From the NCBI GenBank assembly GCA_050084985.1, contig JBITNC010000002.1:20274001-20338000 (forward strand): a stretch of DNA of 64,000 nt, given 5' to 3'. Positions 23,720-36,400 of the stretch are shown piece after piece (position 1 is the stretch's first letter; each line of letters starts with the position of its first letter). This DNA is from Nageia nagi. Taxonomy: Eukaryota > Plantae > Pinophyta. Position numbers and translations under genes: made by a program. Below the pieces are notes generated by a model. It was not told the origin of the DNA. It worked only from the letters and a program-made list of their open reading frames with translations, and searched no databases.

Positions 23720-24719
23720 CGATTGCAATTACTATAGATCACCTAGTGCAATCAAACAAGTACTGGTGGTTAGAATAGTCATGACTCATAACAATCAACT
23801 TGCCTGGTGAAACACACAAAATTCTGTCAAAATAGCAGTACTCAGTCTGCAGCCAGTAGCCTTCCTGTAACCAGTGCTTTTATTTTGGTCACCATAACCT
23901 TAAATGAGGTCAAATACAAGATAATAATCCAGTTCAAGGTCTCTGACAACTCTTGCAGTTACTCACGTCAGAATAAATTATTCTGACAACATTATGCTAT
24001 GCACTAGAGATAACCTTCTTTCTCAAAATAATTTCTAGTTAATGTGAAGAAAATCGGACTTCATTCATATGAATGATATCGTTGATGAGGTGCATATTTT
24101 AGTTAGGTGAAACAATCAAGGGAAAATAATGCTGACAGAGTTTTGGTGGGTCTATTCAGTTGTCAAAACCTAATATATTTTACATCAAGTGCCAATTCAG
24201 CAGGAGAGAAATCAGGTATATATTAAAACAATTACAAATACAATATGATGCTATCACAAGGGATGATGTCGTAATGAAGTCAATTTGTCAATAAAGTGTT
24301 TTCAAACTCTTCCAGGTTTTGTTTGTAATTTGGGACATGTCTCCAATCTGAGGCTTTCCTCTAAATAGTTCAAACATGGAATTGATTGTCTTGAAACCGA
24401 GTTTTAAATTCACCATAGGATGGTTTCTGTGCTTAATCTTCACACACGTATGATATGCTTTCAACACACCTAGCTTGAAAAGGAATATGTTGACACACAA
24501 CTAATCAGTTTTTAAAACGTTCATGTGAGATGAGCATTCTACTTGGATTATGACTCCAAAAATGTTACACAACAAAACAAGAATGACCATGTGTCTAGCA
24601 TAGTACCTTCTAAGAGAGCCACTGCACTAAAAATTATGCAACAAGAAGCAAATCAAATTCATATCAATAATCCCAAAAACCAGAATAAACAAAATTTTGT
24701 TTGAAAAGCAGTCCATTAC

Positions 24720-24875
24720 CAGTTTAGAAAGGTTGAGGCCAGAAAGTTTAGTTCCCCGAAGCCTCACTCGCTTTGATTGTATGCATTTAATAACTTCTTT
24801 ACGAGTCATTTCGGGTTTCCCTTCATCATCATCCTTCTTTTGGTTAAGATAATTATTTATATCTTCAATTAAACC
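24720..24875 (-). CDS. FIP2: FIP2-like exon: GLIEDINNYLNQKKDDDEGKPEMTRKEVIKCIQSKRVRLRGTKLSGLNLSKL
   Basis: Matches the FIP2 linker ELTRxDIIKCIQSERVRFRGVNLSGLDLSKL (recalled consensus). TTGCAG| acceptor, |GTAATG donor. 156 bp, phase 0/0. Confidence 0.95.
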
Positions 24876-26032
24876 CTGCAATCCATCATAGAGAATTTTT
24901 ATCTGAAGAACTAGGATTTGCTCTGTACATTGATTACTAACAGGTCAACTTATTTCAGTTACTTAAAAGCAATACAAATCATTGTCATTTGAAGTGTAGC
25001 ATTCTGCCAAACTCTTTAACTTAAGAGAGCTTTTATAATATTCAACCAAAGAGGAAACAAAAGGAAAACTGAAATAGTAATATGAAAGGAAGGAAAGCAC
25101 AGTAATGAAATCCAAATATATCTTTGTCCTCGACAAATCCTGGTACAGGTATAATGACCAAAGTCAAGTTTCAGACCACAACATCTAAATATTGGACATA
25201 TAAAAGAAAATTTATTAAAGCATACATTTGCAAATTGCCAAGCCTGGCATACTAAGACCTTAAAAATCTGAAGCTTTCTTGTAAAAAAGTTATTCATATT
25301 ATAAAGCAAAAAGACACAGAAAAGTAAATCATTGATTAGATGACTCCATTTAGGATAAGATTCTGCTAAAGCCAATTTATTGTGTGGTCAGATGACAAGC
25401 AGTACTAGATATCGTCATCTTATACTAATCCAATGTCATTTACATCATTCGAGGAACAAAAATGACAAGTACATGAGGAATTAACTGACCCTTATGATCT
25501 GCACCTCCAAGCATCTTATTATAATCCAAACTGTGACCAAGGAATTATTAGAAGGAATGTTGTCAAAAACCAGTCATTCATATAATGCTTGTCTGTCTCT
25601 CCTGACTTTAATGTTACTCCCTAGGTGCATATCCGTGACAAGTTCAGATACAGTAGAAATCACAATACCCATGCCAGGAAGTAAGGTTGGATTTTTTGGC
25701 ACATGTAGAAGTACAAAAATTGCTTAGTTAAACAGCCTCTAGCAACATGGAGAATGAAAGCTTCATTTAGAAAACTTTGCAGTCTCTATTTGGAAGTTTT
25801 TCACTGCAAGACCCTTAAGATTTAAAAGAAGCCACATTCTCCACAAATATTGAGTCAAATGTTGCTATAATATATTTGAATCCAAGAAAATACACATATT
25901 TGATAACTAAGTGGCAAATTGTATGTCCAAACTCATGGAAGAAAGCCTCAATTCATTGCAAATAAAAAGTAGTAAGTTAATAAATGAAACAGGGAAAAGA
26001 CCATCTTATCAATCTGGATGACAAGTTTACCT

Positions 26033-26175
26033 GCTAAGATGGTAACCATCATAGGGAAAACAAACCGGAAAAAGTCATTTAATCCTGTAGGTGAAAAACA
26101 GCCACTAAGATGGTTATCATTGTGGGGGAGAAAACCAGGAAAGAGTCATGTAATCTTATAGCTGAAAAACAGCCA
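26033..26175. repeat. Diverged tandem repeat, 2 x ~71 bp
   Basis: CTAAGATGGT...AGTCAT.TAATC.T.TAG.TGAAAAACAGCCA occurs twice. Confidence 0.75.
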
Positions 26176-27189
26176 ACTCATGAAACAGGAGCATGAGATC
26201 ATTTTTAAGAGTTCAAAGGCTAAAAATCTTAGATCATCAAGCGCATGTACAAACACCCTATCATAAGGGTTCACTTAGTATTCATTCACTGTTGTTTTCT
26301 ATCTCTAGTGGTGCACAATATTACACAATTTCGTCAACTAAAATAATGATTTTTTTCATTCAGTAAAAAATATATTTCATTTTCATTTCATCACATAAGC
26401 ACAAGTTTTGACTCTCTATCTCTAATGCTATCCATACATGTTAACTCCATACTAAGTCTTCGTAATTATTTTTCACAATTAAATAATTGCATATAGATTA
26501 ACTGTAGGATTAATCCTTGAGACAATGAAATGTGAAAAAATCATAGAATCCAAAAAAAAAACAGCCCTAGTCAACTTCTATTGTAATGTGACATGCATCT
26601 TACTTTTGATTTATTTTCCTAGGTAAAGATGTAAAAATTATATTTATATTTTAAAGGCAAGTTAGAAGGATTAACAGGTAGCATGGTTTGCAAATTCCTA
26701 AAGAATTGACTCTGATTACAATTTCAATTTAACTATTATCTGATCAAAAAATTTCAATTTCATAAACCTACGTTTGAATAGAAGGATGGATCGTAAGAAA
26801 AAAGAACTGGCTGTTTAGTTGCAACATGGATCTTGGAATAAAAAGATTGAATTAAGGATTATGTTGAAGCCAATTTTGTTGTTTCCAAACACCTCGGATG
26901 TTATAAAACTGTCCTAGCATTTGGTTGTCCATCTTTTATGTTTCACCTTTCTCTTTCTCATGCTATGGCTTTGTTTTACTATAATAAGAAAACTCTAAAA
27001 GTAATGTTCAAATTGAGTTGCTGAAGGTGCACAAGGCATTACTTTCCATCAATTCCTCTTAAGTGTTTTGCTTCCACCTTAATTTAGACACAAAAGTATT
27101 ATCCCCAATCCCACCATATTACAAACTCCATAGAAATCAAGCCTTTTAAATAAATGGAAAAAAACAGGAACCAATAAAGATAGTATTAC

Positions 27190-27324
27190 AAATAATTGAT
27201 AGTATTCTGCTTCTCGTAGCAATTCGTGGTATCCTGTAGCGTCAAGAATGGGAACAGCACCATCACGCAACCAATTCAAAATATGTCGAAAATGCGTTCC
27301 ATCCCTATCAATCAATAAAGTCCC
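27190..27324 (-). CDS. FIP2: FIP2-like exon: GTLLIDRDGTHFRHILNWLRDGAVPILDATGYHELLREAEYYQLF
   Basis: Diagnostic BTB_2/KCTD motif IDRDG.HFRHILNWLRDG...LLREAEYYQL. Acceptor ATGTAG|, donor |GTAATA. 135 bp, phase 0/0. Confidence 0.95.
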
Positions 27325-29116
27325 CTACATAGCATTAAATTTAATTAATAGAAAAAAACTAATACATCAAATAAAATATATTAATAACATCATTAAAAAT
27401 CGAAGTCAATCTAGTTTTATGACTAGAAAGTAGTAGAAATAGAAAGGTAAGATTTTCCTGAAATACAATATGGAATGAAACAATATAATGAACTTATAAA
27501 CAAAATTTGTAATGGAAGACTAGTTGAAGTGGAATAATTGAAAACTTGAAACTCATTTTGGAAGAAACAATAGACAATAGAATGATGATGGTCTACAAGA
27601 TCTTATACTAAATCTTTTAAATAATCAAAACATAGAGTGATGTTTGTGCATGTTGTTATATAACATGGTAGGTACAATGTTGTTCTAATCATAATATTTG
27701 AACCTATATCTTCAGATGTTGTCTAATACTGTAGCTAACATTAGAGATGTTAGATTGAATTTAAAACATCTTCCTTGCGTAGGAATACAACTTATACTAA
27801 TTTCACGATTCTAGGAGCTCCAAACCTCAGATTTTAGTTTTTCCACTGATGTAAGCCCTTTGTTGGACAACTGCAGTTAAACATTCACAGCCCCATGTGC
27901 AATAAATAGGCCGAACAGTGAGTTTTCCTACACCAACAATAACCTGATGGTGACCTAGAGGTACCCACTGGTTAAAGTCAGGAACCACGCATCTGAATGA
28001 GATAAAAATTGCAAAGCTGTTCTAGAGGGTGCAGCTTACCTTCGTGTTAAATCTCAATTTATGGTGTGTCTTCTCCCAGCACCCAACTTTGGCCTTTCAC
28101 ACAGCTAGGTCACTTATGAGTCACAAGGGACAGTTCACCTAAACAGATATGATGTCTACACATTCCCAAAGTCTTATCACAAATCTTCCATGATCCATTA
28201 CAGATCAGTGACTCTGTAAACTGCATCAAAATTCATGCATAGGGAACCTACTCTGATGACCAAAAACAGGTGAAAATAACAAAGAATATGTTACAATAGC
28301 GATCACCATGGGATTCAATGAGATCAAAAACAGGGAAAGTAATACTATTTATAAAGATGAGGCTAAAAGTTTCTTCACAACAAAGATAAAGACAAACCAA
28401 TACAATGCAAGACTACACAAGGGCAGGGATGGGGGCCATGGGGAAATACATTTTGGGGACAATAGGGAACAGCAAGCAGATTTGGAGGACGGCAAGTATA
28501 TTACTAGTAAAAATTCTAGAAATTTTAAGATTTAAAAAATTTCAAATTCATTATAATTATCAATTCAATCATGTAACATAATGATAGTATGAAATTAGAA
28601 TTTTGAAAAGCATTGCATCACCATTAAAATGACGAACAAATACAAAACTCAGAACTGCAATTAGTAATATCAAATATGAATCGAAATATCAAAATATCAT
28701 TAAATCTAAATCTAGTACATAATGATAAATGTAAAAAATTATAATTATAATAGTAAAACTAACTACATAGTCTTTGACATGAATATGTCAAATAGCAAAA
28801 TCAAAACTATGGCTCATTTGGCTCATGTGGAACCAGCAGTATCTCTTGATCCTTTACTGAGCTGTCTGATGAGCTACCCTCATCATTCAAGTGAAGAGCA
28901 TCCAGTGACACTCCAACCAACCCCTTCATATCCTCGGCATCATCAATTGGCATATATCCTTTGGATCAACATCCCACCATGTAGCTAGAGATGCCCTATA
29001 CTTTGGTCTAACTCCCTCGCAAAGGTGAAGAGAGCTATGCACTGCTACTAGCTTATCTGCTCTGCGAGAGGTAAGCCTACTCCTCTTCAGACTACTAATG
29101 AAGCTATAGGTGGACC

Positions 29117-30180
29117 CATAGTTTACAAATTGACGAATAGTTGTCGCTTTTTCAAGGCTTGTTTTTTCTCTAAAAAATGCCCAAGTTCACCAAATTTAGA
29201 TGCCATTTTTTCCTCATGAATAAGCATCAAATTAAAACCCAAAAAATGCCAAATTTGCCAAAAAAAGAGGCCATGATTTGACCCCTCATGCAAAAAACGT
29301 AAATTTGCCAAATTAGCAAATAAACAATGAATAGTTGACAAAAAAATGACAAATTCAATATGAATTCCTAGGAAGACAAAAACAACGCAAAATATAGGAA
29401 AAAGGCAAATTGTTTTTTCTCATTTCATTCATTTCTCATGTGTAGGTTTAGGAGGGAAAGTGAAGTTGAGGGGAGCATTCTTGTAGTCTTGGAGGTTGAT
29501 TTCGTGATTTGGAGGCTGCATTTGTCCATCCACCGTGATTATTTATGACTTTGTCCACCGTGGGAGAAGATTGTTGGGGCTGCACTTCAATTTTACTCAT
29601 TTTCTTGTTGTTTGCATTCTACAGTCTAGAAATCAAGATGCCTAAGGAGTTGGATAAATTATAGCAGTATGTAACACCAATGGAGGGTGTTGCAAGCAGT
29701 TCAATGAAGCTAAAATGTAACCTTTGTGGAAAGGTTTTGACTAGAACTAATAGCAGGTTCAAAGCCAATATTTCTCAACAGCCAAGGAGAAATTTGGAAA
29801 GTTGCCCAAGTGGAAGTCTAGATCTTTCCCTAGAGGCAACCAAAGCCCTAGAAGTTGTAGCAAAGAAAAGGAATAAGAAGGCTACATTTCAAATGGAGCT
29901 GGGAGGAATCCTTCAAGTGATGCAAGTGCAACTCAAGCTTCTCTTAGTGCATCTTTTCAACCTATTGGAAAGTCTGGGATTGGAATCTCTTCCTACTATG
30001 TGCCATGGACAATTCCTAGAGCCCAATCATCTATTACTAGTATGTTAAACAAGAATGAGAGGAGATACGCAAGCTTGATGGTGGCCAAATATGCATATTA
30101 TATCTACATTGCTAGGAGCCTTTTTGGCAACCAATGTTCGATGCAGTTTGAGCAGTTGGACCCTTGGCATATTCTTTCAA
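29117..30180 (+). mobile_element. hAT-like DNA transposon 5' remnant with BED zinc finger; further hAT-like debris probably at ~28420-29110
   Basis: MPKELDKL*QYVTP...KLKCNLCGKVL...SRFKA.I.....LESCP from 29638 (BED finger of DUF659-type hAT transposases). Subterminal ATTTGCCAAA/GAATAGTTG repeats at 29117-29345. Confidence 0.65.
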
Positions 30181-30422
30181 CATTGGGGCCAAACATTCAA
30201 AAGTAGGGGTATTGATGCCCTCTCTAAAATTTTCAAAAGGTTGAACATTGGAGGAAGAAATATCTTACACAACATTTCCTCTCTACATTTGAGACTTTGA
30301 TTCATACCCCTCACTATCACTCATATCGAAAGCAATTTTAAAAAACAAGAAACTAGATAGGACAGTGAAAACTTAACAAACAAGAAATACCCTTCACCAC
30401 TACTGTTTCCTCTCTTGGAAGA

Positions 30423-33400
30423 TGTTTGTATGTTTTTCTTTCCTAGCCCAAAACATGACAAGACTTGGAGAAAACAGCGTTACTTGTTTCTGCCTAAAAG
30501 GACTGGTTACCCCAAGCGCTCACATGGAATATGGTCTTCAAGGAACAGTAGTTAGAGATGCATGTTGTTAACCATATACAAGGGAAATACAACGCCAGAG
30601 TTCTTTTCCACAATAAGGAAAGACTACAAATGTGAACGAAAGCAAAGAAAGATCACAAATGCAGGGATGAACGCAGGGATTAGGAATACAAAACAGATGA
30701 ACTCATGAAGGTATCACCAATGATGCAGTGTCTTGGCAAGTCATCTCCAAATTCATTAAAGTAAATGTACTCACTATCAAGTCGGGCAGCAAATAGCAAT
30801 ATGCACTCAATCACTACCAGACGAGAGCAAGAAGTTGTTGGGTCTTGGTGGAAGACTCAATGGGGAAGGAATAAATGAGGTGAGGGCGTGAGTACAAGGA
30901 CCTAACCGAATGATATAGAGACAAACTATGAGCCTTAGAATAAATCCACTTACGTGCAAACCATGCAAAGAATGGCTTAAACCACTTCAATAAATACTCA
31001 ATATGCAATTCCGAGAGGGAAAACTATTCAGATATACATGATTCCACAAATGATATTCCTCACAATATTAACTTTATAATTTCATTCCATAAAGAAATAC
31101 ATTCATAATGATATTCAATGATAAACATGCATAGAACCCCTTATGCAACGAACCTCTATGCAATGGAATGTAAATGCTCAAGGATGCAACAACCCAAACA
31201 TATGTAGAAAACCTCGATATATTCATATAAAATACAAGAAACCTTAGTCATAACAGATGCAACAAACTCATAAATTCTTACACATGTAAAAGCTTATAAC
31301 CAACATCCCAAAATGAAAGATCCTCAATATGCAATATTTCTACTAAGTGCAGAGTGTCACATATGCAAATATCCCATAATGCGTAAAATCCCCTTCTAAA
31401 TGGCCATGATGGAGTATAAATAGGCCACTAGAAGTGTTGCCCTAAAGGCATCAAATCTGATATGGTGTACACACATGCAACACACATACCGGTACAAAAT
31501 CAGATTGTTCACATGAAACTATGCAAGTGGCATTTAGAAGCCTAACAAAATATAAATGCCACTACCAAAATGCATTTAATCTACCTCTAAACTACTCAAA
31601 AGCAAATCAGATATGCAATGAAAAGTCTGACATCTGAACCAACAGAAGCAAAACTTTATCCCTGCACCAGTCAGAGTCATAAATGAGTCTGACAGATTTG
31701 ATCTGGCGAGAGGAAAAACCGATCCCTACACCAATCAAATCAAGTAAATAAAGTCTGACACAACAACCACCATCAAATATGCATTAAACAAAAAGAACAG
31801 ACATCGCAAAAAAAATCTACGAGTGGATCAGACCTAGGCCAGATCTGATCCGATACTAGCGAAGTTCCACTCCTCGTTGGTGAGACTGTACGACTCGATG
31901 GTCTCCTCCAAGAACGCCATAGTCTTCTGTACTCCCCTAGAAATCATACCAACAGTGCTACCATTCTATCGAAAGTAGTCCTCTATCTTCTTAGATGTAG
32001 CCTGCATCTGGTGCCTCCAAGTGACCATTCGCCTTTCGCAGAAGATAGGATGCCCTACCTTCAACAAACTGAGGTCATCGATGTCTAGATGCTCCTATAT
32101 CAGGTTCTGAGCCTTTGCCAATACCGCCTCCTCCTTCCTTACGCTATTGTCCTCCCATTGGAACTTGAGCTGATAGGCATAGTCACTCATCTATTCCTCG
32201 ACCTCCTTTCTCAAGGGGATTCTACGCTTCACAATTGCATTGCACTTTTTGAGTGCATGATTTAGCCAATCGTGGTGGTATGTGAACTCGTGGTAGTAGA
32301 TTAACTTCTCAGAATTGTCAACGTAAATATGTTGTAGATGGGAGATGTTGGGAAGATAGCTATTCAATGTGCTAAGTTGTGCCGAGATTTGTGTCTTAAG
32401 GTCCCTGATTTCCATACCTTCAGTAAGGAGCTTGTAGATTCGAGAAGACAATCTCTCGATAGCCTCCATCATTTCTTTCTTCAACTACTCCTTCATCAAT
32501 TCCCATCTCTCATTGAAGGATGGTTGCTTCTTCAGATCTAAGGGGGTGGTACTGACCTTCTGGAACTCCTTGATGATCCTCCTGTAGGCCATGAGTTCAC
32601 TTTTCAGCCTCTTCACCTCCTCCTTGGCTTCGTAGCCCTCCTGCTCCATGACTACAGCATTTTGAGTGACTATATGATTACGGGCTGTTAATCCTAGTTT
32701 CACAGGCATCTTAAATGTCTCGATGACACAATCTTCTGCTATCTGAGGATGTTTTTCCTTTGAATAGCAATGGTTGATGAAGACTTCCTTTCGGGAGGTG
32801 GAAACAAATGTGTCAATCCTTCGAATCTTTCACCATCCGAAGGCTCCTCTTCCTCATCTTAAGAGTGCAGATCCTAATCTATATCTTCATCATGCGTTGT
32901 ACTCATGCTGAGGGCTCTGAGGCAAGCATCTAGGTCAAGATCTAGATGCGTAGTTGCTAGCTAAGGAGGAAGTCTTTGTACCAACAATCGTCCCTTATTG
33001 ATCTTCTTGACCTCTTTCGATGGAGTGGTCTGAACTAGGGTAATCTCCTTGCTTTGGTGCTCTTCCTACCTTCTCTTCTTCTTTTGTTCCTCAATCTCTC
33101 CTTCATCTTCTTCATCTCTTCCATCACCACCTATAGAGATGCCTTTATGTGGCTGAGGAGATCTCTCATGGCTGCAAGAGAACTGTGAAGAAGGGGACCT
33201 TTTCCTATGCTCGGCAGGAGAGAGTTTGGAGGCACCCACCTCTCTAGCACACCTATCTCCAACGATCTGGACCTCATCATCATAGGTTCCAACGTCCACT
33301 ATCTCATCATCATCTGGGAGAGTTTCAATCTCCATCTCATCGAGTGCAGAGGCACTTAAAGCTACATCTTCTTGCTCAGTAGCACCATCAACATCATCAT

Positions 33401-36400
33401 CTTCCTCTTCTTCTTCTTCTTCACCATGACTTTCTAACTCTTCTCCAAAGTCTTCTAGTGTACGGTCGGGCTCTTCATCAATCTCTTCGTTGGAAGAGGA
33501 AGTGGAGTGTTCAGAACTGGAACTAGAACTTGGTTGCAATGGGGGGACTTTCTCTCTACATCCAAAAGAACAAGTGAGTCTGGAAGGGACCTCTTTTAGG
33601 TGTGAATCACTAGCACAAGCCTCAACTAGTATGTTCGAGGGGATAGTGCGATAGCTAGCGTCCTTGAGATCAGCCATTATCACACTGCGCTTGCTAGAGC
33701 CTGGAACATCTTCCCTCAGAGCCTCTTGCCTCTTTCTAGCAGGAAGTAAGGACGTCTTGATTGGTACAGATGCAGTACACACGAGAGGAGGGGATGACTT
33801 GATCCTAAGTGGGACCTCCTTAGATTGAGATTTGGCAGTTTGGGGTTTCTGAGGTGGTTTCTCTGCCTAGAGGGGAGCCTTCTTCTTGCTCAGGAGAGCA
33901 TCTATCTTCACAATCTCCTCCTCACCACGCACATTTCAGTACATCTCCATAGTCCCCAAAGGACTTATGCTGAAAGGCGATAGGCTTGTGGAGCGCAATG
34001 CTATAGAAATGTGCGATCACACCCCTAGGATCATAGTTCCTCGTTGTTGCCTCCCTAAAGAAGACATACTGCTGCAGCTCCATATTGGCCGCTTCAACCC
34101 ATGTCTGACACACATAACTTGCGATTGAAACAAGCAAGTTAATGGTCGCATTCTTCTTCTTCCAAACTCTCTCTTTTAGGAACAAGAGCTACCTAGCAAA
34201 TTCCATGAGGATGAGCCTGTTGCTGGCATATCTTGGCAAAAGTAGAGGTTGCTCTTCAGAGCCATAAACTATGATGAATGTATGATCAGTATAATGCAAG
34301 AAGAAATCTGCATGTACACTGATGGTTTGGATAGCTACATCAAAAATTCTCTTCACCACAAACTCCCCTTTGATATATTTATAGATATCATACTCCCAAC
34401 GATCATTCCTCTCATAGAAATGCTGGAACTTGTTCTGGTACCACCACTTTGCATAAACTTGCCACACGGGAATGCCCTTCTGTCCCTAATGTCTTTCATC
34501 GGCAAGTTCCTTGGATCTGACCTTGCCATGCAATAACAGGTACACAAGATAGGAGTTCATGTAGAATCTCCTCGAGGAGCCAAAGTAAGCCAACTAGTGG
34601 TGTAGGGCATCACTGATTACCCCAACCCATCGGATAGCTCTCCCTAAGCTAATAACTGCAACGAAGCCCGTAAACTCCCTCCTATACTTAGTATCATTTT
34701 CTTAGACCAATGACCCTAGACAAAAGAGTGATCAGCTTGGCCGCAACAGGCAAGAAATCCTCTCTGAGAGCGCTAATCAACCTTTGGCCCTAAAGGCTTT
34801 GATAATCTTCAAGTAACCATGGTCGAATGTATTCCTCGAGCCGAGCCGTCGAATCATGGAACTCCTCCAAATTTGCCAACGTATAGTCGTACCCATATCT
34901 TTTCTAGCCAAATGTTGTTTCAATTCCATCAAGAGTGAAGTCCATAATCACATTTCCCTCTGTGTCCCGTAGGACCCTTGTCTCAAATTCACATCTTCTG
35001 GCTACCTCGTAGCACAAGTCAGGAAATGGTACTGCAAAAGGCATCATAGCGATGTTGAATAATCCGCAGGTATGGATAAGTTCTTCACATAAGTCCTCCT
35101 TACTGATGGAGACCATGGAAGCTAAAGTCTAGAAGGGGTCCAGGTTTCCCCAGTCTGTATCACTAACAAAGATGTATCTTCCCTAAAATTTGTCTTTAGG
35201 GAGCTCTAGTCTCTCTCTCCTGAAATTCAATCAAGAGCTCTTTTGAAAGTCGGGCCATTTGGTTCTTAGTCACATGTCTGTCAAACAACTTTCCTTAAAC
35301 TTTCCTGGCTCTTGATGGAGGTGGTTTAATTTTAGAAGCCATGCAGGAATGTCTGAAAATGCCCCCCGGAGAACCTAAGGACAAGTCTAAATGTTGCGAA
35401 GGATGCAGTAGGAAAGAACCAATCGTGTAGGTCTGGGTTGTAGGACGTCCAACACACTGAATGAAAGTTGCCTTCCTTTTATATGAGATGCATGGAGGGT
35501 GAATGTATGGCAGGGTGCATGCCTGTCACTTGTCTTCTCCTCTTCTCAACTCCTGGCATCTCAAACTTAGCCAACTTCGCCTTGTAACCCTGGGTGCACA
35601 GTTTTGGATGAGTGCTTGAGCACTATTTGGAATGCATGCGACTGGGTACTGGGTCACTTAGTCAAATTTTGAGTTATAATTTTTCTCCTCACACTTGGGC
35701 GCATGGATCTGGGTGAGTGGAAAAGCATGTACTGCAAAGCATGTGCCTCAAGGCCTATCTAGATGCACAATGGCTCCTTAAACTCCTTACTTCTCCTTGG
35801 CGCATCATTTTAGAAGGGTGCAAAAGCATGTGCTAGAAATGGTACGACTGGGGAGCAATGTGAAGGTTTGAAATGAAGTGGTAAAAATGACTAAGGGATG
35901 GCTTGATATTTATAACCTTTCGGGTTGCCATGTGTCACCTCTGGGTTTGCCAAATTAGTGGTCAAATGGTAGAGCTAAGACAGAGGGCACATAGTTTAGG
36001 ACGGGTGCAAAAGCATATGCCAAAATGCATGCAACTGGGAGTAAGGAACTTAGTCAAATTTCAAGTCATGATGGGGCCCAATTCCTGGTCACACCGTTTT
36101 AGAAGAGTGCAAAAGTATGCACCTTAAACCCTGCACCTGGCCTTTTCCTCCAAATTTCAAACACTTTGCCAATTTTACTCCCAGGCCAGAACATCTAGGA
36201 CTGGGTGCATGATTTGGGAAGGGTGCTTCTTCATGTACAGCAAATGATGCGACTGGGATCTAGCACACCTACCAAGACCAGAAATTTCAAAAATAGGTGA
36301 AAAATGACCAAAAAATGCAAATCTGAATAGGTCGCACGTTTTGGAGGACGTGCCTTTTCTCCCTTAGCTCCACGTAGTGCTCCAGACAACCTTCCAAACA

